Notes: generated from the letters alone by a model not told the origin. A DNA stretch of 63,309 nucleotides, filler included, from Globobulimina sp. (GCA_003354225.1; 42 parts of 42 records of this genome joined end to end with filler, not necessarily neighbours in it); one strand, 5' to 3'; positions 10,578 through 24,067 are shown, counted from the whole stretch's first letter. Numbers and translations are program-made.

Positions 10578-11987
10578 CCGATGAATGCGAATGTGAGTTT
10601 GAGTGTGATCGCTCAGAACGAATGGACGCTGCTTCCCGAACATGTGGCTTGTTTTCGTTTAGATTCACGTTATTTGCGTTTGTATGTAATACGTTTGTCT
10701 CATTTTTTACGTGTTTCTTGTCGTTGATTTTCTGCGTTACATTGCTCTGCGGCTCAGACTGAGGTGTTATTGTTGCATTTTGTGTGTTGATATTCATCGA
10801 TTTATTATTTATATGATACTCATTAAATTTGGTGAATTTCTTATTATTATTATCATATGAATAACAAAGTGATTTGGATCGTTTTTTGCGACAATTTGTG
10901 TCAGAATCAACATTTGCTGTGCTGCCAACAGCAGACGCTGAGGAAGTGGCTGTCGCCGCACCGGCAAAGCGAGATAACAATGTCGATGATTCTGAAATAG
11001 ATAATTGAATCGATTTCGATCTATGTGAGTGTGAATGGTTTGTTTTAACTTTTTTGACAACCGATTTGCGAGTTAGTTGTTTCGATATCGATTTCCTTTT
11101 TTTTTTCACTAAAACGGTCGATTTGCGCGTTTTTTTCTCGTTTACATTTACAATCACTCGCTCAGACCGTGGCGGTGACGGTGACGGTGACGGTGACTGA
11201 GACTGTGGCGGTGACGGCGACGGAGACTGTCTGTCCTCACTGCGTAGCCGCACTGCATTGGCATTGGCATTGGCAACGGCAACGGTGTCATTTTCATATT
11301 TACTCATTTCAGCCTCCACGTCTTTGACACACTGATCGAGCCACGGATGGCTCAACATCTCCGCCACAGTGATACGCTTCTTTGGATGGCAGAATATCTT
11401 CGACAGCAAATCGCGACATTGCGCGTCGATGATATCGTTCAACTTCCATTGCTTCAGTAACCACTCTAATTTGCCATAGTACATAAACTGGAAACATTTA
11501 TCGCTGGCATTGGGCGTATTAAACGGAGGGAAGCCGGTCAATAAAATGAAAATGATCACGCCCAACGAGAAAATGTCGGCCTTCTCGCCGTTGAATTTCT
11601 GATAGGCGTAGATTTCCGGCGCCATATAACCTTTTTTGCCGGGCCGTATTGTGGCGGCGGCGAAGTATTCGTTGATGTCGCCATTGGGGAACTTGCGAGA
11701 AAGGCCAAAGTCGCAGATCTTGAGCACATCGGTGCGTTTGTCCCATAATACGTTTTCAAGGGATAGGTCCAAATGGGCGTAGCCTGATTGGTGCATGAAA
11801 TAGCACGCTTTGGTCAATTGGATGGCGTACTTCTTGGCCCGCGACGCGTTGATGCCGCTGCCGATGTTTTGGATGTAAGTGCACATATCGCCGCCAATCA
11901 CGTATTCCAAGCAGATGCAATATAACTTATTGTCTTCCACGGCGTCTATAAAGCGGACGAAATGTGGATGGTTGCGGTTGCAGATGG
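10578..11987 (-). CDS. Ser/Thr protein kinase (CAMK-like) with Ser/Lys-rich tail, partial at both ends
   Basis: HLDLSLEN, KICDFG, GYMAPE, ADIFSLG, RITVAEMLSHPW. Confidence 0.95.
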
Positions 11988-12197
11988 NNNNNNNNNNNNN
12001 NNNNNNNNNNNNNNNNNNNNNNNNNNNNNNNTTAATTAATTAANNNNNNNNNNNNNNNNNNNNNNNNNNNNNNNNNNNNNNNNNNNNGACGCAGCATATC
12101 CATAAACACAAGGCAAGCAACCAACTCAGCATTTTTAATGACAATATTAAACTTGACTTAAAAACTTTAACTAAAAAAAATACTATAAAAATATACA

Positions 12198-13421
12198 ATG
12201 TCAAATCTGCAACAGAAATATGAGGAATTTAAAAGCATTCATGGTAAAGAACCAACCGCATCCCAACTTGCAAGATTTGCCCATGTTCGCTACAATGTAG
12301 TAACCGCATTTATTCATGATGTCCCTGGCGGCGGTGCCCGTGGCAGTAATATCAAACATAAAATGTCCCGCAGTCAAACAGTGTCATTTATAAAAACCAG
12401 TCCCGCCGCATTTTCCCCACCCACAAAGGTGCGCACCTCCTCATTTTCAAAAGAAATCTATCAAGCACCAAAACAAGCAGCTAACAGCAGCTCTGGCATT
12501 GATTATAGTGGCTCCACGACCGGCGCTAATAACCCATGGAAACAGTTCCAACGCTCCAAATCTTCCTATTCTTCATCATTCTCACATTCCTATTCTCCAA
12601 AACCAAAATCAAAACCTAAAGCCAGACCGGCATCGCCTGGGTCGCCCACGCAATCCACCACCACCACGACAATGGCGACCACTGCCACAGCCACTGCCAA
12701 ATATTCACCACCAAAAACAGTCAAAACTGTAGCAAAGAAATCACCAAAAACAAAAATTTATAATGCACCATCATCCGCAATAAATAAAGCAGCGCAGAGA
12801 CCGTCACAGTCACAGAGCAGTAATACAAGTGTCAATATGCGAGATTTGAATATGTTACGTGCAGATTTCCATAATTTAAGCAAGAAATATGAGAGAGAAT
12901 GTAGTAACATACGGCAACAATTTGATGAAATAAGAAATGCATTGAGTAGGAAAGAGAGCGATATTATTGCGGATTTAACAAATTATACCAATGAATGTAA
13001 GCGGATTCTTCAACAAAATATGAGCAAAATGGATTAATTGTCACAAAATAATAATGATGGATCTTCTAAGAAGGTCGTAGAGAGAGTGGATAATACGGAT
13101 CGTCATCATGAGGAAAAGCAGGAAAAACAGGCAATAGTAAGCACTGCGACACGCAATGTGGCAAATAATAATGTGAGTGCAGGTATTGATTATAGTGGGA
13201 GTACGACGGGAAGCACCAATCCATGGAAAAAAAAACCGCAAGCTACATATTCTACTGATAATACCAATGCATATGTATACAAACAAGAAACTGTGCCACA
13301 ACAAACATCAAAGCCAACACAGACGTCGTCAAAGACAACAATTAAATCATTTGCAGCAAAGACACAAAGACAAGTTGATAATGATGAATGGTCGGATCCT
13401 TCCGAAGGAAGTTGGAACTAA
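12198..13421 (+). CDS. Ser/Thr/Pro-rich protein with coiled coil and duplicated GIDYSGSTTGxxNPWK motif, one in-frame TAA at 13035-13037
   Basis: Two abutting same-frame ORFs each carry the motif. Confidence 0.6.
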
Positions 13422-13597
13422 ATATTAAATAGACTCACTTTTGTGGTTGTAATAATATTAGATTTTGTTATATTTTGTTATATTTATCAATGTATAGNNN
13501 NNNNNNNNNNNNNNNNNNNNNNNNNNNNNNNNNNNNNNNNNTTAATTAATTAANNNNNNNNNNNNNNNNNNNNNNNNNNNNNNNNNNNNNNNNNNNN

Positions 13598-14887
13598 CGC
13601 ATGAAATAAATACGGATTTGGATGGCCTTTTTGATATTAGTGACGAGGACAGCGTTTCGAGTGAGGACGGCCTCGATGACGGTGGCGGTGATGATGACGG
13701 CGACGGGGACGGTGATGATTTGGATGAGGAGGAAAGCAAAGAGGAAGATAGCCAGTCATTAAGTGTGTATATGTTGTTATATTTTGGTTTGCTGTTTGCA
13801 GTTTGCACTGAAAATATTTTCGTCTCAACTGAAAATATTTTGGTTTTACATTTATATGTTGACAGGCGATGATAGCGAGAGTATGGAAAGTGAAATAATT
13901 CAAATAGACAGAATGAAGTTATCTGAATTAATGTTGTCATTTAAGTTAAATTCAAAAGTAATTTCATACTTTGTGTCGGAATTAAAAATTTGTAATGCAA
14001 ATGATTTATTAAATTATTCACCATCAACGATAACGCAGCCAAAGCAATTCAAATCCACCAAAACGCGCATGTTATTGAGCAAAATGGCGAAATTTGTGAC
14101 GAATAAGGTATTAAATAATGAATGGACAGGAACAAAGGACTCGCAATGGACAGAATTGCATCAAAATAAGGTAACTGTCACTTACACACCGGCACCCACT
14201 CCAGTTCCGGAACAAATAAATCTGAAAAAAGATGTGTCGCATCGCAAGAAAAAGAAAAGTCAACATAAGAAAAAGAAGACGCTTTTGTTTGAAAATAGCG
14301 AGACAAATACAATACAAATCATTGAGAATAAAGTAATTTTTGTAGATAAAACAGTTGCAGTCAAGGAATTATATTCGGCGCAATTTACCATCGTAGAGTT
14401 CCCAGAAATTGATAATAACCGACGAGCAAATCATATCTTATCCGCTGGGGTCAACTTTTACGACGAAAATGACCAAATTGTTGAAACCGTTTATATGTCG
14501 GACCGGTGCGCCTTGTTTAAAGATGACAGTTTCATAGAAATGTTGTCTTTGACCAATGGCCGTATGCTTGAGAACGGATCGCAAGTTATTATTGAGATAA
14601 ATAACAAAATAAATAATCCAACGATCACGTTCATGCTCAGCAGACATAATACATTGATCAAAAACAATTTGAAAACCATCGTTTTGGAGGATTTTAAGCA
14701 AAAAGTCAATGGACATTATGCGAAAATATTCATTGAGCAATATTACGGTGGCGGCATTTATTCGATTCAGTCCATTCGAGCCGTCGGAGGTAGAACGAGT
14801 ATAAAAACGAGTATAAATATGGATAAATTTCGAAGAACTTCGAGTAGAAAAAGTATTCGATTATCGAGACATAGAGCGAGTATATGA
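13598..14887 (+). CDS. Hypothetical protein (acidic N-part, SAM-like, SPRY-like beta domain), intron 13763-13865
   Basis: Phase-1 GT...ACAG intron joins the acidic ORF to the long ORF. Confidence 0.5.
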
Positions 14888-15545
14888 TTTTATTTCTATT
14901 TAATATTTCTAGTTCATATTTATTTGTATGGTGTACAGTGTTTGTTTGTTTCTTTCCGTGGTGGTATTTTTAAACGTTTTTGTTTGTCATTTTCCCGTTT
15001 CCTTCAANNNNNNNNNNNNNNNNNNNNNNNNNNNNNNNNNNNNNNNNNNNNTTAATTAATTAANNNNNNNNNNNNNNNNNNNNNNNNNNNNNNNNNNNNN
15101 NNNNNNNAGGCTTTTTGGGATTGGGCGATTTCAGCGATGGTTGTGATGGTTTATCAAAATGTCTTCAAAACTTTAAGAAATCAATTTTCTACCTACCTCA
15201 CTAACCCTAGAACCTTGCATTTTTAATACTCCTTTCCTCATTTTTAGGAAACACAAAGACAATAAGAAAGACCACATTGAAGTTAGTCTGTCATCTCTCG
15301 AAATTGCCTTGGCAAAAGAGAATGACAATAGACATATAAAAAATAAATAGAAAATACATATAGAAATAAGAGTAAAATAAACAAAATAAATGTCACCAAT
15401 AAATGCTATATAAATTTCCCTATAAAATGCATACAAACTATAAATATTGTATACTATATAGATACGCATTCCCGCATTCTTCGCATTAATTGGTAAATAT
15501 CCGGATTATGACAGGGCAATAACATTAGTTTACGAAAATGCAGGA

Positions 15546-16517
15546 ATGGACCATCCAATCCATCGATTAACAATACATGAATTAATCCCGTCGACAGAGG
15601 TAATTTCAAACAAAACGATGCTACGATTAACGCCAATGACAGGATCATGCACAGATGATATATTAATGGACCTTGATTGGTCTGTGCCATATCCAAGATT
15701 CCAGAATAACAATATTCAAATTGATCACATCGATAAAAAAGTAGAATTGAGACCTGTGAATATGGGGATTTTCAATGTGCCGTTGGGCATATTGCACAAT
15801 AATACGTTGCCACGAATTATTAACCACAAAGCAACGGTAATCATTAACAAATTATTTTTATTGTATACTGTTATCCATGCAATGATTAATGAATACGATG
15901 TCCGAAAGATTGATTATAAAATGATAATGATGCAACTATTGAAGCCGTATGAAATTAAAATCGAACGAAAGAATGCGATCCATAAAGAATTGAAGAAGAA
16001 CAATGCGAATCGAGCCCGGCTGGAAGAGGAAGAAAGTAAAAGTCCGAGTATTGCGGAGGAATCGCAAAGTGACGAAGATGAATTGTATGACCGCAAATTG
16101 ACAGAAATTAATCAGAAATATGAAAAAATGATCCAATTAATTGAGAAATCCATCGTGCGAAACGAAGATATTATAGACACGAATCGAGTGACGGTGCGTA
16201 GATTCTGTAGGGCCACATTCTTCCATTTACAAAATGAGAGCGGAGCGATTTGCCAATCCCTACCTGGCTGCGATCAGAAAGCTGGTTTAAAATGATACGA
16301 TTAGTTATTGCAGATAATTGCGTACAGAGTGTGGGCCGCGCACAACGTACAGAATTAATGTATGAGGGCAATAATGTATATATTACGCCAATAACAATAA
16401 TCGGAGTTAATCCAAAATTATTAGTGGGCGAAAATGCGCTCAATTTCCCCGCAATGCGCCTCCGAATGGGTACAATATCGAAATTCTTGGTATTATATCA
16501 AAATGATTTCTATACAG
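15546..16517 (+). CDS. Hypothetical protein with a -1 frame junction into a retropepsin-like segment
   Basis: ORF 15546-16295 overlaps ORF 16250+ in the -1 frame; T TTA AAA at 16286-16292; ESGAICQSLP ... LVIADN ... LLVGENAL. Confidence 0.35.
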
Positions 16518-16617
16518 NNNNNNNNNNNNNNNNNNNNNNNNNNNNNNNNNNNNNNNNNNNNTTAATTAATTAANNNNNNNNNNNNNNNNNNNNNNNNNNN
16601 NNNNNNNNNNNNNNNNN

Positions 16618-17252
16618 TTTGGAGTGTTATAATTGTTGTTATGTGCATGGTATTGTTTGTTATTTGAATTTGTGCGTTTAATCCTCCTCACTTTCACCAA
16701 TTCTGCAAACACTTTGTTACCAATATTCTTATCAATGCCATCGAACGAGTCTGCCACATCGGAGGCTGTCTCCATAGAATTGAAGTCTTCGCCTTGTATA
16801 CCTTGCATAAGTATGGATTCTTTCATTTGACGCTCCTGTTTTGGGTGTAAGCCAATGGTAGAGATCCAATCTTGTAATTCATCGTTGGACCAATCATCGA
16901 TATGCTTGCCTTTCCAGGTGGATCGGGTTGGATTGTATGCATTTTTCTTATTTGTGGCTGTATTTGCCACTGTTTTGTAGCTGGATGCTTTTTTTTTAGG
17001 GTTGGAGGAGCGTACATTTTTCAATGCAGCATAGATTTTGTTGCCAGACATTGCATTTATGTCTGGGAATGAATCCATAATATCGGGTTTCCCTTCCATT
17101 GAATTGAAATCTTCGCCTGCTATTTCTTGATCTGCTATGGTTTCGGTCACTTTCTTTTGATTCTTACTGCCTAATTTGATACTGATTATCCAAGATTGTA
17201 GTTCTTGACATGTCCAATCATCAATGTGTTTGGATTTCCATGATCCACTCAT
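16618..17252 (-). CDS. Tandem SAM-domain protein, 3' partial
   Basis: Two repeats of WKxKHIDDWxxxELQxWI...QxIxGEDFNSM...GNK. Confidence 0.8.
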
Positions 17253-17958
17253 TGTGACTTGTGTGTGAAGGTAAAGTAATTACCTAAATCTTTTTTCACA
17301 GACTATCTTTCTACGTTTCTCACTTTCTTTAACCGAACAAACATTAAAAGTTGGACCTGTCAACATTCTGCGAATGAGTTCCGGAATACTACTGTTTACA
17401 GAAAAGAATGAAATAATTATTATATTTACGATGTTGATTTAAAGCAATGTTTCATAGTCACCTTCTTTTGATGTAAATGTAAGAGCAAGCAATAATATTC
17501 AAAACAATGGCACCTCCAATCCAATCCAAGAAGAAACTGCAACTTATTAAAAACAGCCATTTTTCAAATGTGATAAAAATACGGATAAAACAGCGAGTGC
17601 TGAAACTATGCATGAAATGAATGACATTGCAATCCATGTTTGTCCAATGCTTCTTTGTTTGCACCAATTACCATCCGGTGCACTTTCATCATCACTAATT
17701 ATTATATTTTACACCATTTACACAAACTGAGGCGAAACAACCACCGAATGTATACCACCGACATGTCAATGAATATCTTAACTGCAATATTCCTCCCACA
17801 TCACTATAACCAGTGATATTGTTTGCAATCATAGCAATAATGATGGAAATCAACGCAAATCAATCAATATTTAAATGTTAATTAAGGAAAGTAGCTAGAT
17901 TGCAATAATTAACTTTTTTGGCTTAGTTTCGTTTCGTTTCATTTCAACGATTAGAAAA

Positions 17959-18027
17959 GTTTTTGGTTAGCTAGAGTGGTTTTGAACCTAGCATTCGAAG
18001 TTGACCTAGGTCATCGAATACTAGGTC
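17959..18027. repeat. Dispersed repeat family shared with 51884-52138
   Basis: gtttttggttagctagagtggttttgaacctagcattcgaagttgacctag matches the arms and core in the contig at 51339-52747. Confidence 0.8.
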
Positions 18028-18127
18028 NNNNNNNNNNNNNNNNNNNNNNNNNNNNNNNNNNNNNNNNNNNNTTAATTAATTAANNNNNNNNNNNNNNNNN
18101 NNNNNNNNNNNNNNNNNNNNNNNNNNN

Positions 18128-19383
18128 ATAGATAAGAGAACCACCCCTATGATTGCAAGAAGAATCAGTAAACCAGGTATCCCCGTCTCAAGGCAGACCT
18201 GAAGCTCGAAATTGTGCGGCATGTTTGGTATATCGACCCCGGATAGATCATTTCGGAGAAAGACTCGGTTTGAGTTCCATGCTCCATAAAATTCAGAAAT
18301 GCCCGGCCCTATACCTACCAAGGGGTACTTTTGTATCATATCCCCAACCCAGTAAAATTGGTCTATTCGGCCGGTCGCTGAGGAAATTGCCTCTTTATTT
18401 TGAAATCGATACATGATCTTATCGAAATAGATTGCTATTCCGCCAACCAAAATTAGGGCCACTAAGGAGCCACATAACACAATGCGAGTAAAATTAACCA
18501 AGCGTGCACGCATAACCATGAAAACAACACAACTGCAACCCAACAAAAAGCTGAGCCATCCTCCTCTTGACAATGGAAGTAAGAGTGCAATAAATCCAAA
18601 TGCAAAACCCGAATAAAGCAGTAAAGATTTGCGTATCAAAACAAACGGAAAGAGTAGAACTAAAAACATCGCTATGTATCCTGCAAATCCATTAATTGCA
18701 CCGAGTGTTCCAGCGACACGCAAACCGCCTTGCACTGTGTTGTGATAGCTAAAAGTTCTTATTGAAGGTTCTCCCAAAATGCCAAGCCCCAACCCACCGC
18801 CCGTCTGTAGCTGAAGAAGGGCAATAAAACCTTGGATGAGAATTACGCATAAAACTACATATACAATCCGCCATACCAATGAATCGGAAAGCTTGGTATT
18901 GTTGGCCAGGAGATACAAGATAAGGAGCTTAATTTGCCAGAATAAAAAAACAAGACTTTGATGCAGATGTGCGGAGAAGATAGTCGTCACTGCAAACCAG
19001 CAGATTAATGTCAAGAATAACCATCCCATTTTATCAAGGCGCATTGGCTGGCGTCGTTCAATTGCTACCAATATAAAAAGGGTAATGAATACATCACAAA
19101 ACAAGATCTGTAGTTTTACCGGTTGATTAAGATCGAAGGAATGTAATGAAACTTGAAACTGTGAAAAAAAAAGCAACGCGAGTAACGATGCCTCGTATTT
19201 ATTTCGTATAATCAGGAAGCCGATCATGCAGCATATTGCAGAAGTTGCAACAATTTGTCTTGCTAAAGAATCCAGCCATACTGAAAATAATAGATACATC
19301 GAAACCGGGATAGCCACTATTATAACAAACCCAGTTAATGTAGTTACTAAAGGCGCATCATAAATTGGTTTATGTGAAGTCAT
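18128..19383 (-). CDS. Bacterial O-antigen ligase/Wzy_C family membrane protein, 3' partial
   Basis: Polytopic; RVAGTLGAINGFAGY, LSRGGWL, PLVGIGPG, PHNFELQVCLETGIPGL. Confidence 0.9.
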
Positions 19384-19537
19384 TTATTGAACCTTCTCGG
19401 AAAAAATTTTTGGGAGGTAGTTTTACCATTTCACCAAGAATTTTTTCAGCGGTCTTTGTTAAATATTCTGCACTACATCCGGCCGGTGTAAAAGTCATTT
19501 CTCCAATCACGGCTTTGCCATTGATACTATAAAAATC
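19370..19537 (-). CDS. TupA-like ATP-grasp protein C-terminus (bacterial polysaccharide locus)
   Basis: Hand translation DFYSINGKAVIGEMTFTPAG...NDFT*; stop overlaps the start of the next gene. Confidence 0.75.
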   Translation of the reverse strand, partial: DFYSINGKAVIGEMTFTPAGCSAEYLTKTAEKILGEMVKLPPKNFFREGSINDFT

Positions 19538-19637
19538 NNNNNNNNNNNNNNNNNNNNNNNNNNNNNNNNNNNNNNNNNNNNTTAATTAATTAANNNNNNN
19601 NNNNNNNNNNNNNNNNNNNNNNNNNNNNNNNNNNNNN

Positions 19638-20736
19638 CACAGAATATAGGAACGACATTGCAGTTGCAGATATTTTAAGAGGTACAGAGACTTTGACATT
19701 TTCTCAGAATAATGTTGAAATAAAATTGAGTATTGCAGAATCGGTACAGTTTGAACATGGAATGGCAATTGGTTTTACGCTATTAATTGTATTTTTATTT
19801 GCAAGTTTAGCATTTACAATTTCACGAAATATTTCAAAATTAGTTGTGCGTCCAATTGAGAAAATGACTAAAATTGTTCAAGAATTTACAAAAAATATAT
19901 GTTTATTAGGTGGTGATTTAGAGAATCAACATAAAATTGTTACAGAGTTATTAGAAACGGATGTTATCGAAGCAGCAATAACTACATTGGGGAATATATT
20001 TAGTTCACTGATAAATCCGACGGCAAAATTAGACAAAGTCAACGAAGAGGAAACATCCACAATGGATGGCCATGGCAATAATCAGAATAAAAAGAATTCA
20101 TTCATTGCTCCACTGGTTAAAAAAACTGCAAATACATTAATTAAATCACGCGAATCATGCATTTCAATCCAAATTACGCAACAAAAACGTGTATTAATTG
20201 AAGATGAAGAAATATTTGATAGAATAAGGAGATTAGAGCAGTCTGGTGATATCGATTCGTTTTACATTAAAAAAGGACATATTCCGGAATTTACATCATT
20301 GACCACAGTCATGCAACACCCCATTGCATGCGAATATTTCCGATTGTATTGTATTGCGCATATGTTGTCAGAATCATATTTTTTTGTAAAATCTGTTTCT
20401 GAGTATAGAGAAGCTGTTCGCTCCGCATTTTTAAAAGTATACAATGAACATATTTCAGATAAATCATCACAAAAAATATCAATTTTAGCAAAAGACAGTA
20501 AAAAATTATATGATCAATATACAATCAATACTTTTGGTATAGGAATATTTGATGCCGTAAGAAGAGATATCACCGCGTCATTATCTGCCGAAGCATTTAA
20601 TAATTTTCAACAATCCAAATTTGCGCATGCTTATGTCAAATCGCGTGAAACCGATAAAAAAAGATTCTCGCATATCTTTAATATTAATCCAACACACTCA
20701 AAAAAGAAATTAGGAAAAAATCTACTTGAAATGTGA
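19638..20736 (+). CDS. Membrane protein with HAMP-like helix and C-terminal RGS domain, 5' partial
   Basis: TM then SRNISKLVVRPIEKMTKIV; RGS pattern SLTTVMQHPIACEYFRLY...ESYFF...IFDAVRR...AFNNFQQS. Confidence 0.75.
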
Positions 20737-21147
20737 AGTGAAACAATAGAAACAATACCTTGACAAATATTTCATAGTATTTATTGTAGAATTCTAATTT
20801 TTAAAATGTTTTAAAACTTTTTTTCTTAAAACTCCCAAGCACAGAGTTAATTGTTTCGAGTCTGGAATCGGACTTGCGTCTTGTATAGCCATTTGCAAAT
20901 ATATTTGGTTGTTATCTCAATGAAATAGTGTTGTCTTGACAACTATGACGGACAGTTCCTATGATCAATTTATTATTTCATCAACTGAATTGGTCTCTGG
21001 ATGTTGCCAAATGTTCAATTTGAAAATAGAGTGTTTCTCGATAGTCTNNNNNNNNNNNNNNNNNNNNNNNNNNNNNNNNNNNNNNNNNNNNTTAATTAAT
21101 TAANNNNNNNNNNNNNNNNNNNNNNNNNNNNNNNNNNNNNNNNNNNN

Positions 21148-22557
21148 TCGAGTTTCATCTTCAACTTTTTCCCAAGTAGATTTATCAATAGGTGCAAAAT
21201 CCCAATTTGGCCAGTCGGAACGATCTAATGTAAGCCAAGAAGGACCATGCCACCAGATGGAATTATTAAGTTCGTCGACAGTTTTACCTCGAGTAGGAAA
21301 ATCCGCGGGATTGCAGGACGTGTGGACATACTGAAATAAAATGTTGTCCGATTGTTTGATTTCTTTTAGACGATTGTCGATGAATACAGTTAATGATTTT
21401 TTAGTGTATAACCAATTTAAGACACATTGAGAATCGGTCCATAGAATTGTCTGAGCAATTGGAAGATTAAGTGTAGGTGTGAGAAATTTGAGTGCACGTA
21501 CACCAATTAAGACAGCTAACAATTCTAACCGAGGAATGCTTAATCCTATTTTGGGGGCTAAGCGACATTTCGAAAATATTAAATTGCAAGTTGAACTATC
21601 CTTGGAAACAACTTGTAAATAGATACATGTAGCATAACTAGTTGCTGATGCGTCACAAAAGCAGAGTAAATTGAAATTTGTTTCTGTTACGGTAGACTCT
21701 GCAATAAATCGGGGTATAGCATACTCAGCAATATTATTTAAATTTTTAGCAATTTCACACCACTTTGAAGTTAAAGTAGTAGAAAGTTCAGTATCCCATT
21801 CCAATTTTTGTGACCATAAGGTTCGTATAAAAACTTTGGCCTGTAATGTAACCGGTGTAAAGAAACCTAAAGGATCATAAATAGAGGCATGTGCTCGCAT
21901 AACCTCTCTTTTTGTATTTGTATCAGAGAATTTTTTACTGTCGAAACCAGGAATATACATACAGTCATTTTTAGTATCCCATTTTATACCCAGAACTTTA
22001 AAGATAGTCCCATCAGCTCGATGAACTGCGGGAATTTTTTCCAAAAATTCTTCAGAATTTGAGCTCCATTCGCGCAAATTCAAAGACACACTTGTGAATA
22101 TTTTCTGTGCCTGTGTATATAATTCGAATGCGGCTTCGATAGTCGCCGTACCAGTAACCAAATTGTCGACATAAATGTCGTTTTTAAGTAGTAACGATAT
22201 TTCTGTGCTATAATGTTCCAATAAATGAATTATAACAGCCGCAAGTTTGAATGGGCTTGAAATAACACCGAAAGGTACACGACAAAATCGATATACTTGT
22301 AGATTGCCATCAATTTTGTGTAATTTAGCGTTAGCAAACCAGAAAAAACGTATTACATCTCTGTCTGGTATTTGTAGTCCAATATTTAGAAAGGCTTTCT
22401 CTATGTCAGCTAATATCGCTATTTTATGTAACCTAAAACGAAGTAATAAACCGCATAAATCATTTAGTAAATTTGGCCCTTTATAGAGGCACTCATTGAG
22501 CGATTTATTACCCTTTTTAGTTTTAGCCGAAGCATCATATACAATACGTACCTTAGT
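21148..22557 (-). mobile_element. BEL/Pao LTR retrotransposon pol (RT + RNase H), open across the whole contig
   Basis: KVRIVYDASAK, SLNECLYKGP, ADIEKAFL, RVPFG, YVDN, YDPLG, FCDAS, IPRLEL, WTDS, NPAD.TRG, WWHGP. Confidence 0.97.
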
Positions 22558-23046
22558 NNNNNNNNNNNNNNNNNNNNNNNNNNNNNNNNNNNNNNNNNNN
22601 NTTAATTAATTAANNNNNNNNNNNNNNNNNNNNNNNNNNNNNNNNNNNNNNNNNNNNAATCGCCATTTTTTTTTTTTTTCAAGGATGGACACAAAAATGG
22701 GCGATAATTTTGTTATTTAATTAAGACACAATGAAAATCACACACATTATGCGCGACAATCACATTTAGCATCTACAGAATGTATATTGACTGGTAACTA
22801 CAGCAATGTGCTCTAGCTTCTTGAGATCGTGACCTAATATCCCTCCGCAGTGTATTCTAATATATGCTTAACCTGTGCCATAATCCTCATAATAAACTTT
22901 TATCAAAACCGTGATGATCCAAACATCCACGACTGGTATTTGCCACAGTTTCAATTGTAATATTTACAAATATTGTATTATTTCCATTAATTTCTTGATT
23001 TGATTCAAAGAAAAAACTTTTGCTTCAACTCTGCAGCACAATTTGA

Positions 23047-24067
23047 ATGGCATCTCAAGCAAAGACATTAATAATGGAAAGAGAATTATTATCATTGTTA
23101 AAAGTCGATAATAAAGGGTGGAATATGACATTATTTACTGATCCAAATAAAATGTCAGTTTGTTTATGTGCAAGTTGTGGTTTTGTATGTTGTGATGCAG
23201 TCGAATTAGATTGTGATCATAATGATGATGAAGATATATTTTTATATTGTAAACAATGTTTAATTCATTTAATTCAACAGAATGAGAATAAATGTATTAT
23301 TAATTCACATATTAATCCACAAATAACTGCAAACAAAGCAAATAGAAGACACGTATTAAAATCAATCGTTATTTGTCCCTATTCACAGCAATATAAAATG
23401 AGAAATATTTTACAAAAAAATAATCGACAAATAATGGATACATTTGGTGAGAATAATATTAATATTAATGATGAAAAAGAAGGCAATCAACCATTTAAAT
23501 CAAATGATGATGAAAAAAATGAGAAAAAATGTGAATGGAAAGGAAAATTAACTGATTTAATAAATAAACATATTTTACAATGTGCAACAACAAATAATCC
23601 CACATTTGCATTGAATATAAAAATAAAAAATTTAGAACAAGAAATTACAAAATTACGGGCAGAGAATAAGAGGGAATGGGATAAAATGCTTGAAATCCGC
23701 AATGAAAACGAAGATTTACGCAAAGAATTAGCAACGGAGAAGAATAACAGTGTTAATATGCGATTAATGGAAGAAGAATATAAGCATCGTATGGATGAGT
23801 ATGAGAAAGAAAAAGATAAATTATTACAAGAGCAGGAAGCATTGAATGGTGTGGTCGATGAAGAACGGCGTAAAATTGATGTGTTAATGAATGCATTTGG
23901 AGCAAAGGAAAAGGCTGCGATTATTACACAGAATAATTTGAGGAATATACAGAATAAACAAGCGAATGAATTAAATGATCAAAATGAAGAAATTAAAAAA
24001 TTAAAAGAAATAATCAAAGCAAAAGAGAGTGAAATAAATCAACAAATATTACTAATAAAAGATGTAT
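23047..24067 (+). CDS. Degenerate RING/TRAF-type Zn-finger and coiled-coil protein, 3' partial
   Basis: CASC..CCDAVELDCDH..YCKQC..C; VICPYS; CEWKGKLTDLINKH...C; same family as 9097-10128. Confidence 0.75.

Noticed and set aside
11300..11987. GC-rich kinase domain versus AT-rich tail as HGT or chimera
   Set aside because: One continuous frame and a typical eukaryotic kinase; the shift tracks the low-complexity tail
13035..13037. Alternative genetic code with TAA as sense
   Set aside because: Other host genes have long TAA-free frames and end at TAA; this is an isolated case
18128..22557. Apparent neighbourhood of polysaccharide genes, RGS gene and retrotransposon
   Set aside because: Separate contigs placed together only by length sorting
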